In this document: positions 26,700 to 47,736 of the stretch, one piece after another
How the letters are laid out: the number at the start of each line of letters is the position of its first letter
Numbering within the stretch: the first letter of the stretch is position 1
NCBI GenBank assembly: GCA_012295275.1
Contig: CM022677.1
Location: forward strand, 27,032,001 to 27,096,000
Length of the DNA stretch: 64,000 nucleotides
DNA from: Chrysomallon squamiferum
Taxonomy: Eukaryota; Animalia; Mollusca
Reading direction: 5' to 3'
Position numbers and translations under genes: made by a program
Notes under the pieces: model-generated
The model's input: only the letters and a program-made list of their open reading frames with translations
Told to the model about the DNA's origin: nothing
Database searches by the model: none

Positions 26700-27090
26700 G
26701 ATTTTCAGGTGTTTGAGGGAGTTAAAAATACTGACAGGAGTAAACCTGATTTGATTTTTGCTAGAGCATTGCTGAAGTTAAGTCTGTCCTTGTATTTGGT
26801 ACAGGAGAAAAGATGATGTCTGACATTGTCTAGTTTATGGCATTTGTCACATTTGTCATTTACACTGTGTTTGAGTCTCTGTCTGCTGTCGTGTAGTCCA
26901 AAAGTTAATCCTACGCTGAGGTAGGTTACAGTTTAAGTTGTAGTGTGTTTTTTTCTGAGAGTGGGCTGGGAGAGTTTAATTCTGGCTTAATGATATAGTC
27001 TAGTTCTGTTGTCCCAGTCTTTTTGCCAAGATTCTGTTCGATTGTTGTTTGCTATGGTCATGATTTCGTTATAGCTATATTTAATTTTAT
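26700..27090 (-). mobile_element. Degraded 3' ORF2 fragment of a non-LTR retrotransposon (LINE)
   Basis: Minus-strand translation contains WQKDWD and CDKCHKLDNVRHHLFSCTKY (CCHC-type zinc knuckle typical of LINE ORF2 C-termini), interrupted by stops. Confidence 0.65.
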
Positions 27091-27951
27091 AGTCAATTGT
27101 TCTGTCTTCTAGGATTTTTTTTAGCGTTTTTTTGTCTGCCAGCTCGTTTCCAGTAACACCCGCTCATGAGCGGGTACCCACTCAAAGGTGACTTTGTGTC
27201 CTCTGAAACGGATACAGCTTTTGTCGATGTCGATGGTGTATTTTGAATTACGACCTGTTTAAGGATGACAGGATATTCAATCAGTTCAGTAAAACGGATA
27301 GATGGTGGATTGGGAATGGTGGGTCGGACGCCCCGAAAGGTCTCTAACCATTTTTGCATATCTATTTTTAATTTGTTTAAGACAATTTTCCATTAATTGT
27401 TGAATGGCCTCGTTTTCAAAAAAAAAAAAAAAGCCGACTACCTCCTGAATTCTTAAACTACGTCCAGCGGTTTTTTTGTCAGTAGTGGTCTCAAATAGTG
27501 ATTTATTTGATTAGTTCTAAGTCCACTGACCTGAAGGAAGGAAAGACGAAAATATATATATTTTACAACATCGTTAATTTATTAATGTTATCTGGAATTT
27601 TAATTTTGAACCACTGTTTCATTTTAGACTGTTTATGATATTATTAATTTTGAGCGAAAAGGGAAAACAATTAAATATAATGGATTTTTTTTGTTTTAGT
27701 GCCTAAGGAGACCTTGGTAAATAATTTGCTGCTACAAGCTTTGTTGTACACGGAATCTGAACAGAAGCTGGCATTAATGTGAGTTTACACCGTGATAAAG
27801 ACTGGGATCAATATGAAATATTTATAACCTGGATAAAACAACAGCACCATAAATTAATATACAAGGATAATAAGTTGGTGTTCGAGAGCAATTTAATACA
27901 GGTGTCGTATTAGCCACAAACAGGGTGTTGGTGAGTGTTTTGTTTGTTTTT

Positions 27952-27987
<36 letters not shown>

Positions 27988-28069
27988 CAAAATAAATATT
28001 AAGAAATTAGACACAGAAGTCTTTTGACCGAACTGACATTTCCTGTAATTGTGGGTAAGTCTAATGTAT

Positions 28070-28445
28070 TCAGATATTGTATTCGCAACACACTGCACAA
28101 GTTAACTCAGGTATCATATTCACACGGTACATGGCAATATAATACGTATGTCCTATTCACGATACACTGGCAATTTTAACCAGACTATCGTTTTCACATC
28201 AGTCTGGACACGTCAACAAGGGTACTGTATTCACAGAAAACCTGGGCGAGATAACAATGTATCATATTAACTTCACCACCGGCTAAATCAGCATGGGTAT
28301 AAGTTATAAATAGCACACCGGTCAAATTAGTACGCGTATCGTATTCACAGTTCACCGGATTTATCAAATTTTAATATCGTATTCACAATACACCGGGCAA
28401 GTTCACACGGGTATCACATTTATTACTCACCGGCCAACGGACCGG
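28070..28445. repeat. Old degenerate ~37-bp minisatellite
   Basis: Recurrent GTATCGTATTCACA...CACCGG motif at ~37-bp spacing. Confidence 0.5.
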
Positions 28446-29010
28446 GCTACTGAATGTGCGTTACTGATCAATAATTTAAAAATAGAGAAACTAACAGAAT
28501 ATTACTGCTTAATTCAATAATGATGATAGTGGAATAATACAGATAAACTTAATATTGAAACCAGTGTAATACCACTATTTAATAATAATAATAATAATAA
28601 TAATAATTGTGAAATTAGCTGCACGCTAATTTTCGAATTTCCTCCATCACGCATGAGTTTAGCTGCTGATGTTTTGTAAACAACGGACTGGCAGTTCCTG
28701 CTCATTTTCACTGCATATATTAAATATTGTTTTTCTCTTTCACAGCACCGGTGAAAGGCATTTCTTCTTCTGAACCGAAACCACCGTACATTATTCATTA
28801 AAGTTAAGCTTGAACTCTTGAAAAACTGTCTTTTCTTACGGTCCACGAATATAAAGAAAATATTCGGGATAAAAAAATTAGATTTACTGTTAACAACTGA
28901 TCCAGCTTTTTTTTAACAAATGCGGCATTTTTTTTTTAATAAATCGGACACTCCAAAGATGGCGGACTAGTGCATGTTGACCTGTATATATATTTTTGTC
29001 TCGGACAATA

Positions 29011-29029
29011 TGACGTCATTATGACGTGA
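29011..29029. promoter_or_regulatory. Tandem CRE-like sites (TGACGTCA + TGACGTGA) upstream of gene 2
   Basis: Perfect palindromic CRE at 29011-29018 and a near-CRE at 29022-29029, ~1.2 kb 5' of ATG 30251. Confidence 0.4.
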
Positions 29030-29272
29030 TACGCAATTCTAAAGTAATGACGCAAACAGCAAAAAAAAAAATGAACAGAAGAAAATATGATACTGATGTA
29101 AGTAATATTTCTTTTATTGCTAACATATGAATGTTTGCCTCTGTGAAAGACTGCTACAAAATAGTCTAATTTGAATGTGCAGGTATTATAAAACATTATT
29201 TAATTAGAATCGTTTGTGTACAGCGTTCCTAAACTTATCTCGTAGCAAAATTCTTCTTTATTATTTCAAATA

Positions 29273-29331
29273 TTCCACATACCCACGAAAAAATTCTTAA
29301 CTGTAATCTTGTATTTCAGATCCACACCTTT

Positions 29332-29366
<35 letters not shown>

Positions 29367-29468
29367 TAGATAGTTGCAAGATTTTCTGTAATTGAAACAG
29401 TCTAGACTCTAGAGAAAGGTATGGATCTGAGATACAAGATTAGGGTTAATTGTTTCGTGGGTATGTGG

Positions 29469-29470
<2 letters not shown>
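29273..29470. mobile_element. MITE-like element with ~58-bp imperfect terminal inverted repeats
   Basis: 29273-29332 (TTCCACATACCCACGAAA...CAGATCCACACCTTTC) is the reverse complement of 29414-29470, around a (TA)n spacer. Confidence 0.6.
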
Positions 29471-29500
<30 letters not shown>

Positions 29501-29738
29501 TAAATTCATTATCTGTCTATGAATTTCAGCATAAAGTCATAAAAGAAAAACTTATTTCATTAGATATTTTTATCAGATTTGAAAGGTCTATCATTTAAAG
29601 TGTTCTCGTTATAAAAACTTTAATAAAGGTAGACGTGATGAAATATATTTTATGTTTCAATTGTTATACGAATGAGTGATCGTTCTTGAATGGGTAATTT
29701 ATATTAATTTTGTATTTATTTTTTTATTTTTTTATTTA

Positions 29739-29804
<66 letters not shown>

Positions 29805-30250
29805 TTGATTTTGATTTTTTTTCTTTTTTTGCCCCCCCCCTCCTATAATTTTGATGTTTACTTCTGGAGACGAACACAGAATTGTCCCTCCTGAAATGAT
29901 ATTTTTCATGCAAAATAAACTATACAGTAATTCCCTATTTCAACATTTGCTATCGTTGACTGCTTCAATAACATGTTACAACAGGTGTGGGCACAGTAAG
30001 GTGACCCCAGTGATCTCATTCTGATTTTGAAACTAAAGTAAATTAGAGTAACATTTTGATGTTGTCTAATAGCCATTTCTAAAACATTATTATTATTTTT
30101 ATTATTATTATTATTACTATTATTAGCATTATTATGGTTTAAAATGAAATTAAATGCTTGGATTACATTTTTGTGTAGTTTTATTGTTGTTGTTTGTTTT
30201 GTTGTCTTTTTGTGTTTCTTTTTTTCTTTTTTAGAATTTTGACTTGCCAG

Positions 30251-37133
<6,883 letters not shown>

Positions 37134-37141
<8 letters not shown>

Positions 37142-38880
37142 ATCTAAACATACTGTACATATAGCTGTTAAATCTAAACATACTGTACGTATCGCTGTTC
37201 AATCTAAACATACTGTACGTATAGCTGTTAAATCTAAACATACTGTACATATAGCTGTTAAATCTAAACATACTGTACGTATAGCTGTTAAATCTAAACA
37301 TACTGTTCAAGCTGTTCTAAACATACTGTACGTATGGCTGTAAACGAACATACTGTACGTATGGCTGTTAAATCTAAACATACTGTACGTATAGCTGTTA
37401 AATCTAAACATACTGTACGTATAGCTGTTAAATCTGAACATACTGTACATATAGCTGTTAAATCTGAACATACTGTACGTATAGCTGTTAAATCTAAACA
37501 TACTGTACGTATAGCTGTTAAATCTGAACATACTGTACATATAGCTATTAAATCTGAACATACAGTACATATAGCTGTTAAATCTAAACATACTGTACGT
37601 ATAGCTGTTAAATCTAAACATACTGTACGTATAGCTGTTAAATCTAAACATACTGTACATATAGCTGTTAAATCTGAACATACTGTACATATAGCTATTA
37701 AATCTAAACATACTGTACATATCGCTGTTAAATCTAAACATACTGTACGTATAGCTGTTAAATCTAAACATACTGTACATATAGCTATTAAATCTAAACA
37801 TACTGTACATATCGCTGTTAAATCTGAACATACTGAACATATAGCTATTAAATCTAAACATACTACGTATGGCTGATAAATCTGAACATACTGAACGTAT
37901 AGCTGTTAAATCTAAACATACTGTACGTATAGCTGTTAAATCTAAACATACTGTACGTATAGCTATTAAATCTAAACATACTACGTATGGCTGATAAATC
38001 TAAACATATTGTACGTATAGCTGTTAAATCTAAACATACTGTACATATCGCTGTTAAATCTAAACATACTGTACATATCGCTGTTAAATCTAAACATACT
38101 GTACGTATAGCTGTTAAATCTAAACATACAGAACGTATAGCTATTAAATCTAAACATACTGAACATATAGCTATTAAATCTAAACGTCTTGAACAGACGA
38201 TTCAATCTAAACATAATGAATATACTATTAAATCTAAACATATTGAATACATTATTAAATCTAAACCAGAATATTAAATCTAAACATATTGTATATGCTA
38301 TTGTCTAAACATACCACACAAACTGAGAGTCTAATTATATTGTATAGACTAATAAATCTAAACATATTAAACAGACTATTACATCTAAACATATTGAATA
38401 TACTATTACATCTAAACATATTCTATGGACTGTTAAATCAAACAATATTATATAGACTATTAAATCTAGCCATACTGAATAGACTATTAAACATAACCAT
38501 ACTGTATATACTATTAAATCTAAACATATTGAATATACTATTAAATCTAAATGTGTAATTTTAGTGATTCGAGATATAGTCTGTATGTATCGTTTAGATT
38601 ATTAACAAATAATCTAAACATATGACATGAAATAAAATATTCTGAACCTATCGTATAAACTATTAAATGTAAACGAGTACATTTAGAGATATGAAGATAC
38701 AGTATGGATATACTGAATAGACTATTAAATCGAAACGAGTACATTTAGAGATTATGAAAATATAGTCTCAATACATTAAATGAATTATCAAATCTAAACG
38801 AATACATTTAGATATTATGAAGATATCGTTTCAGTGTATTAAATAAACTGTTAAATCTAAACGAGTACATTTACAAATAT
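37134..38880. repeat. 30-bp minisatellite (GCTGTTAAATCTAAACATACTGTACGTATA), degenerating after ~38200, in the 3' region of gene 2
   Basis: Direct tandem repetition; 10-aa periodic pseudo-ORFs. Confidence 0.92.
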
Positions 38881-39199
38881 GGTCTGAATTATAATGACTA
38901 GACTCTGAGCGAATACACTTACTGCTGTGGAGGTTTTGTCCAAACAAATTGTGAATACTTATCTTTAAACGTTTTTCTTTATCTGATACTATTATTAACA
39001 AATAAATTTGTATATATAACAGTCTAAAATAAATAAGTATATATAATAGTTTTTAAAAAAAAAAAGTATAATAGTGTTATTTAAATATGAGCATAATAAT
39101 TTTATAAATACGCATATAATTATGTCATCTAATAGAGTTATATAATTATGTATAAAACAATGTCCTTCAAATAAAAATATAATAGTGTTTGTTATAATA

Positions 39200-39810
39200 T
39201 ACTTAACTGCGTAGTAATGTGATATAAATACGTAGTAGTAATGTGATATAAATACGTAGTAGTAATGTGATATAAATACGTAGTAGTAATGTGATATAAA
39301 TACGTAGTAGTAATGTCATATACATACGTACGTGATAATGTAATTCAAATGCGTATCTAGTAGTGCAAAATAAATACCTACGTAACAATGTTATTTAAAT
39401 ACATGTGTAATAGAGGAAGCGAGTACGTACGTAATAATGCGATTCAGATACGTATGTAATAGTGCAAGTGAGTACGTACATAACAATACGATTCAAACAC
39501 GTATGTAATAGTCTCAAGTCAGTAAGTACGCAACAATGTGATTTAAATACATATGTAATAGTTCGAAGTGAGTACGTAAAAAGTAATGTGATTAAATTAC
39601 GTATATAAATTACGTGTGATTCAAATACGTATGTAATATTGCAAAGTCAGTACATACGTAATAATGTGATTCAAATACATTTGTAATTGTGTGATTCAAA
39701 TACGTATGTAATAGGTGTGAAGTGAGTAGGAACGAAATAATTTAACTCAAATACTGAGAACGTATACTTAACAAAAATAATAATGTGATTAAAATACGTA
39801 CATTACTGTG
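39200..39810. repeat. TACGTA-rich minisatellite block (24-bp and ~50-bp units); related blocks at ~44040-44460, 45550-45830, 50020-50460, 54280-54760
   Basis: Recurrent AATAATGTGATTCAAATACGTATGTAATAGTGCGAAGTGAGTACGTACGT. Confidence 0.8.
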
Positions 39811-40309
39811 TGATATAAATTTGTATGTCATACAAATGCGCATGTCAAAGTCATCGAATTATAACGCTTAATAGACGGATACCGGTACATACGTCTATAC
39901 TCCACTGGCCAACTGTCACTACAAACCAGCGTCAAGAAAGAAAATTCACAAAAAAAATAAACTGCCTAAAGAAACATCCCATTCCTATCTTTCGCTCTAT
40001 ATCTGAACCTGACTTCCTTCATTTCTCTATCTGTTTCTCATTATGTCTTTTCTCTCTGTCTCTGTCCTCTCATTCTCTCATTGTGTCTGTGTACCAGTAT
40101 GACTGTCAGTGTATTTCATTCTAACTCTCTCTCTAATTCATCGTTCCAGTGTCTCTCTACGGTTTCTCTTTCTCTCGTCTCCAAATGGTGATATGCCAAG
40201 TGGAAAAAACAACAACAAATAATCAAATAACTGATTGCAAGTAAACATATTTTTATTAATTTTCTCTCTAAAGTCCCGCCAGGGTAGATAACTGTCTCTC
40301 AAATTTCCA

Positions 40310-41317
40310 TCACACTGAAAAATAAATAAATAGATAAATCAACGGATAGATGTACATTCAGACCAAAGCAGATATCTACTCATCGCGCTATACTATCGAT
40401 ACATCAGCTGTCTTATTGATCGATCGATCGCAACATCAGTGGGTCAACAGTTCCCGATCACATCGATTATGATTGCAGCTAGTGATATCGATTCTGTTAC
40501 GCTATCTAAATTTTTTGTCTCTGTTTGTGTGTTTGTAGACGTGTTCCTTTGGGGACTTTTTTTTTCTTTTTTCTTCTTATTGTTGTTTTTCTTGGGCTGT
40601 TTTGTTGGGGTTTTTTAGGGATATTTTTTTTTTTTTTTTTTTTTTTGTTGTTCTTCCTTTGTTTTATATTCCTTTTTTTCTAATTTTGTTTTTTTTTTTT
40701 TTTTTTTTTTTTTGTTGTTGTTTTTTCGTTTTTCAATTTTTTTTTTTTGCGGGGATGGGACAGGAGATTTTTTCATTATTTTTTTCTGCTTGTTCTTCTT
40801 TGTTGTTGTTGTTGATGTTGTTGTTGTTATTTTAATTGATCACGAAAAGAAAACTAAATGTCTCACTCACCGACAACTTGGACTTTGTCTTCTTTGAAGC
40901 CCAGCACCGAATCAGTCTTCATGTAGATGACTTTACAGTAGTACTGGCCTTCGTCCTCCTTGACAACACGGTGCAGCACGATCTTTACATACGACATGGC
41001 GTTGTCGTAGTTGAACATCCTGCCCGTGATCGTCATACGGCTGCTTTCAGAAGTGTCACTGAAGAACGGGCGGCCATTTTCTCTCTCCTCTCCGGCTAAA
41101 ACGATCGGTTGACTGCCCAAATCAATTGTGTATTTGCCAAATTCCATCAGTTTAATTTTCTGTATTATCATGTCTGGTCGACACAGGAATGTCATTTCGT
41201 TTTCGTCTTTGTCGTATAAGTATGTCAGAACCACCCATCCAACTACCATGTGTGGATTTTGATAATAATAATAATAATAACAATAATAATAACAATAATA
41301 ATAATAATAACAATAAC

Positions 41318-41360
<43 letters not shown>

Positions 41361-42199
41361 GTTGTACTAGTAGCAATAGTACCAGTAGTAATAGTAACAT
41401 CATTATTATTTTATTATTATTATTATTATTACTACTACTACTACCACTACTACTACAGTTATTGGTAGTATTATTACTACTGCTACTACTACTACTGTTA
41501 TTATACTATTATTAATAGTTGTGTTGCTGTTGCTGCTGTTATTGTAGTTGTTGCTATTGTAGTTGTTCTTGATTTTCTTCTCGTATATGTTAACGCTGAC
41601 ATAATTTTAATTTATTTTTAATACTTATATTACAGTTATTACATTACTTCACTTTTACTGTTCTTGGTGGTGCTATTGTTGTTGTGGTAATGTTGGTGCT
41701 ATAGTTCTTCCAGTTGTGGTCGTTTGAGTTTTTGTGATGATTGTTGCTATTGTCGTTCTAACTGTGGTTATTTTTGTGATTGTTGTGGTTGATGTTATTT
41801 GTAGTGTTGTTGTTGTTGTTGTTAATACTAACGACAGTAAAGTTCATCAGTCTCATCTGTGCAGTCTTTCATTCCGTCGCAAACCTTCATGTGCTCTATG
41901 CAGTTACCATTCTGACACTTGAATTCCATAGCACTGCATTTACCAGTATCTCCTGCAACAAAAATTACGTTGCCATTTGCCTTTGTACAACAAAAAATAA
42001 TTACTTCTATATTCAAATACGCACATACACACACACTCGCAAACATATACACAAACACACATTCAGAAACACCCACAGACACACAAACACAATCAAGATC
42101 ACACACTAACATCTTTTTTTTTTTATGAATTCTAAATATCAATTGTTTACCTTCTGCGAATGAAATTAGGATGAATCCGAGGAGAAACGACACAAACAT
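40310..42199 (-). CDS. Gene 3a: small secreted SP - LDLa - IgV protein (~180 aa)
   Basis: Exons: 42199-42151 ([16 protein letters not shown]), 41952-41833 (CSAMEFKCQNGNCIEHMKVCDGMKDCTDETDELYC, canonical LDL-A), 41242-40871 (IgV, DEGQYYC), 40314-40310 (V*). AATAAA on the minus strand at 40257-40252. Confidence 0.85.
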
Positions 42200-43345
42200 G
42201 GCAGATGTGTATTGTGTAATATTTCACTCTATTGTTCGTTTCATATTAATATAATATATTCTCTATGAATAATTAAAGGTATTGTATTGTCGATTTTAAC
42301 AATAGCAGGATCACCTAGGAATCGGATTTTAATGTAAAATGATGACCGAATTAATCGTTAATTTATTATATTTTACTATTTAATGATTATTATCATCATC
42401 ATCATCATCATTATTATATTATTATTATCACGATTATTGTTATTATTATTATCATTACCATCATACTCATTGACATTATTGTTATTGTTGTTGTTACTAT
42501 TGTTGTTGTGCTTGTTGTTACTGTTTCTTGTTATTATTACTATTGTTATCGTTATTGTTTTTATTACTTCACTATTATTACTATTATAATTATTATAATT
42601 ATCATAATCAACATCATCATCATTTGATTATTACTGTTATTATTTATGGCAAAGTGTATCTGTCTATAAGAGTGTCTGTACGTCTGTGTGTTTTAGTAGC
42701 TTTAATCCTGGTAAATTGCTTGCAAGTGACCATTCTGTTCAATTTGTTATTCAAAAAGCTCTTCGACAGTATTGTCCACGATTTGCTTGTTTCTGTGTTG
42801 TTTTATTAGGTAAGCTATTCATTCGTGCTCTTTCATCAAAATACCAGCAGTAAACAAAAGTGACAAACAGATGTGTTAGTAAAATTCAGATTTGTGACTT
42901 AAGCCGTGATTCGATGTGCAGAGTCACACACCACATAGACAGACACGTGTGTTCCCGTTTTATGTAAACAAGTTTATAAATTACTCCTGTCATTTGTTTT
43001 GAACATGTTTGTTGTTTTTTGTTGTTATTGTTGTTGTTTTTTATACAATTCAACGAGTGTTTTCGTAATGTCTATGAAATACACACACACACACACACAC
43101 ACAAAAGCATATGATTTTATTTAAATGTTGTTTTTTTCTATCTGCTATGCACATTTTAATATGTGTTTGAAAACTTTCAATTTGTATTTTTTTATTTAGT
43201 TTTATGGATATACAGTAGAGTATAGACAAGTTTTACAGTGTTATTAAATCTACCTTTAATATTTAAATGCAACCTATGAAAAGTATATTTATATGTTATT
43301 TTATTTATTTATACTTATCAATTAATTTATTATTATCATTATTAC

Positions 43346-43379
<34 letters not shown>

Positions 43380-43698
43380 GTCGGTTTAATTTCTTTATCA
43401 TTATTGTTAGTTGTGTTTTGTTATTATTATTTGTTGTTATTGTTGTTCTTGTTCTTACTGGTTGTTGTTATTACTATTATCAGCAATACTACTACTACTA
43501 CTACTACTACTAATAATAATAATAATAATAATATGATTATTATTATTATTATTAATGTGTTTCTCATTTTTTCTTAATCGTTCTTTATTTTGGTTATAAT
43601 AAACGCACAGTTTATAACAGATCTCTCAGCACTATCAGAATTTAATCGGAGTTTTGTAGACAGTATCTACACATTACATTCCTTGTCAGAAGCCAAAA

Positions 43699-43831
<133 letters not shown>

Positions 43832-46131
43832 GAGACATTATCTTGTTCATGTCACTTGCGGCAGTCTGTAGACATTTTATATCTGATGTGACAGTCAATA
43901 CTCCAAATAAAGTTTATAGTTGATGTCACAAGCGACAGTGTATAGACATTTCTGTTGTTGATATGACAAGCGAGAGTCATATGTATTTTATATTTGATGT
44001 CATAAGAGACAGCCTATAAGTACATAATTATGCGCTTAAAATACGATGTGAATACGTACGTAATAATGTGATTCAAATACGTACGTAACACAGCCAAGTG
44101 AGTACGTACCTAATAAGGTGATTCAAATACGTATATAATAGTACGAACTGACAAAGTAGATAACAATGTAATTCTAATATATAGGTAATAGTGTCATTCA
44201 AATGCGCATTTATAGAGCGAAGTAAGTACGTACGTAATAATGTGATTCAAATTCGTGTGAAGTAAGTACGTAAAAATGTGACTTAAATACGTACGTAATA
44301 ATGTGATTCAAATACGTATAAAATAGTGCGAAGTAAGTAATACGTAATTCTGTGATTCAAATACATATGCAATAGTGCGAAGTGAGTACGTACGTAAAAA
44401 TGTGATTCAAATACTTATGTAATAGTGCGAAGTGAGTACGTATGTAATAACAACCTGACAAAAATAATAATCTGATTAAAAGACGTATATTATTGTCTGA
44501 TATAAATATGTATTTCATACAAATACGCATGTCATAGTGATAGTAATAAAATGCTTAATAGTTTGATACCAGTACGTATGATAAAAATACGTATATCATT
44601 CTATATGATAAACAAATTGCATGCCATAGTTAGATAAACAAATGACACGAATACATATCTAATAAAAAGGTAATATTTTTTGTTGTCATTTTTTACGTGC
44701 ATGATTTAGTTCTCTATTGTAGGACACTGAAAGAAAGCAACATGAAGATGGCTGTTTTATTGTTGTTTCATTAGGTAAGCTATTCATTCGTCCTCTTTCA
44801 TCAAAATACCAGCAGTAAACAAGCGTAACAAACAGATGTGTTAGTAAAATTCAGATTTGTGATTTAAGCCGTGATTCGATGTTTAGTGTCACACACCTGT
44901 TCCCGTTTTCTGCAAATATGATTATAAACTAAGCCTGTCATTTGTTTTGAAAACGTTTGTTTTTTTGTTGTTTTTAATGCAGTTCAACACGTTTTTACGT
45001 AATGCTAATGAAACACACACACAAATACACACAGAAACAAACACACACACAAATATGAACAAGATGGACATGGGTTGTTTAATTTCTTTATCATTATTAT
45101 TAGTTGTCATTGTTATTATTATTACTTCTTATTGTTGTTCTTGTTCTTACGTGTTGTTGTTATCATTACTGTTACTATTACTGCTGTTGTTGTTATTACT
45201 ATTACCATCAGTACTATTATTTTTATTGTTATTATTATTATTATTATTATTAATATTAATATTAATAATACTTTTAATGTGTTTATCTTTTTTCTTAATC
45301 GATCTTTCTTTCTTTTTTTATTTAATGATAATAAACGCACAGTTTATCACTGATCTCTCAGCACTGTTACAAGATATTCGGAGTTTTGTACTCAGTTGAC
45401 TGTAGAATTTTTATATCTGATGTCATAATCAATACTCCAAATATATTTTATAGTTGATGTCACAAGCGAAAGTCTTTAGTCATTTCTGTTCTTGATATGG
45501 CAAGCGAGTCATAAATATTTTATATTTAATATCATAACAGACAACCTATAAGAGAGTACGTACGTTCTAATGTAATTCAAATAAGTATTTAATACCGAGA
45601 AGTGAATACGTACGTAATCATGTGATTTAAATAAGTATGTAATACCGAGAAGTAAATACGTACGTTATAATGTAATTCAAATACGTATGTAATACCGATA
45701 AGTGAATACGTACGGAATCATGTGATTTAAATACGTATGTAATACCGAGAAGTGAATACGTACGTTATAATGTAATTCAAATACGTATGTAATACCGAGA
45801 AGTGAAGACGTACGTAATAATGTGATTTACAGAATGATAGTTTTGATTTTATAGTTTCCTCATTGGGATCCAATATAATTGTCTCCATTTTATAGTTTTT
45901 CAGTGAGATAACCTGTGCAGTCTTTATTCTGCCAGTTTGTTCCATTCCAACTCTCTCTAATTGTTCCTTCCTTTGTCTCGCTAGTCTTCCTGTCTTTCTC
46001 TCATTTCCAAATGGTGATATGCCAAGTGAAAAAACAACAACAAATAATCAAATAACTGATTGCAAGTAAACATATTTTTATTAATTTTCTCTCTAAAGTA
46101 TCGCCAGGGTAGATAACTGTCTCTCAAATTT

Positions 46132-47498
46132 CTATCTCACTGAAAAATAAATAAATAGATAAATCAACGGATAGACAGACATTCAGGTCAAAGCAGATAT
46201 CTTCTCATCGCGCTATACCATCGATACATCAGCTGTCTTATTGATCGATCGACTGCAACATCAGAGGGTCAATAGTTCCCGATCACATCGATAGTGATTC
46301 AGGTATCAGATAGCAATATCGATAGCGTTATGCAATCAATATCTCCGTATGTGAATACTTATACTCGGATATATTCTTATCTCACCAATTCGCAGATATT
46401 GTGAACAAGAAAACATATTTTAAAGTTGCAGACAGGTTTTCCGTTGTTTATGTGGGTTTTTTATTTTATTTTTTTATTATTATTTTTTTTTTAGTACATG
46501 TATGCACATCTGGGTATCTATTTCTATAAGTTTGTGGGTGTCTCTGTGTGTGTGTGTGCTTGTGTGTTTTTCTGAATATGTACGCATATGTGTGTGTGTA
46601 TGGATCTAAATGTTTGTGCTGTCTCTGAGTGTGTGTCGTTCTGTATAGAAATGCTTGTTTATATCTGTGTGTGTTTCTGTATCTGCATGCATGTATGTAA
46701 ATTATTGTGTCTATGTTTGTGTATGTGTTTGTTTTTGTATATTTATGTATATGAGTACATCTAAATGTTTGTATGTATGTTGTGTAAGTAAGTGTGTGCT
46801 TTGTATGCGTGTGCATAAATGTGTGTGTGTTTTGTGTTTATGTGTTAATAAGTGTGTACACGTATGTGAGTGGGTGCGTCAGTGTCTGTGTGAATGTTTG
46901 ATTATATTGTATGAGAGAGATACATAGTGGGATAGTTAGACAGTGACAGACACATGACACATAAGTAGGGAAAGGCAGACACTTTTTTGTAGTTGTTGTT
47001 TCTGTTGTTTTTTGTTTTGTTTTATTGTTTGTTTTTGTTTTCTGGTTTAAACGATCACGAAAAGAAAACTAAATGTCTCACTTACAGACCACTTGCACTT
47101 TGTCTTCTTTGAAGTCCATCACCGAATCAGTCTTCATGTAGATGACTTTACAGTAGTACTGGCCTTCGTCCTCCTTGACAACACGGTGCAGCACGATCTT
47201 TACATGCGACATGGCGTTGTCGTAGTTGTACATCCTGCCAGTGATCGTCATACGGCTGCTTTCAGAAGTGTAGTCACTGAAGAACGGGCGGCCATGTTCT
47301 CTCTCCTCTCCGGCTAAAACGATCGGTCGACTGCCGGTCTCAACCGAGTTTTTGCCAAATTCCATCAGTTTAATTTTCTGTTTTATCATGTCTGGTCGAC
47401 ACACGAATGTTACTTGATTTTCCTCTTTGTCGTATAAGTATGTCAGAACCACCCATCCAACTAGCATGTGTGGATTTTGATAATAATAATAATAATAA

Positions 47499-47529
<31 letters not shown>

Positions 47530-47577
47530 AAGAAGAAGAAGAAGAAGAAGAAGAAGAAGAAGAAGAAGAAGAAGAAG

Positions 47578-47610
<33 letters not shown>

Positions 47611-47696
47611 GTTGTACTAGTAGTAGTAGTAGCATTAGTAATAGTAACATCATTATTAATATTAATGCTATTATTATCATGTTCGTCACAATCTTA

Positions 47697-47736
<40 letters not shown>

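Noticed and set aside
37307-38277. Repetitive ORFs (MFRFNSYTYS, AVKSKHTVRI)
   Set aside because: Translations of the 30-bp minisatellite downstream of the gene 2 stop.
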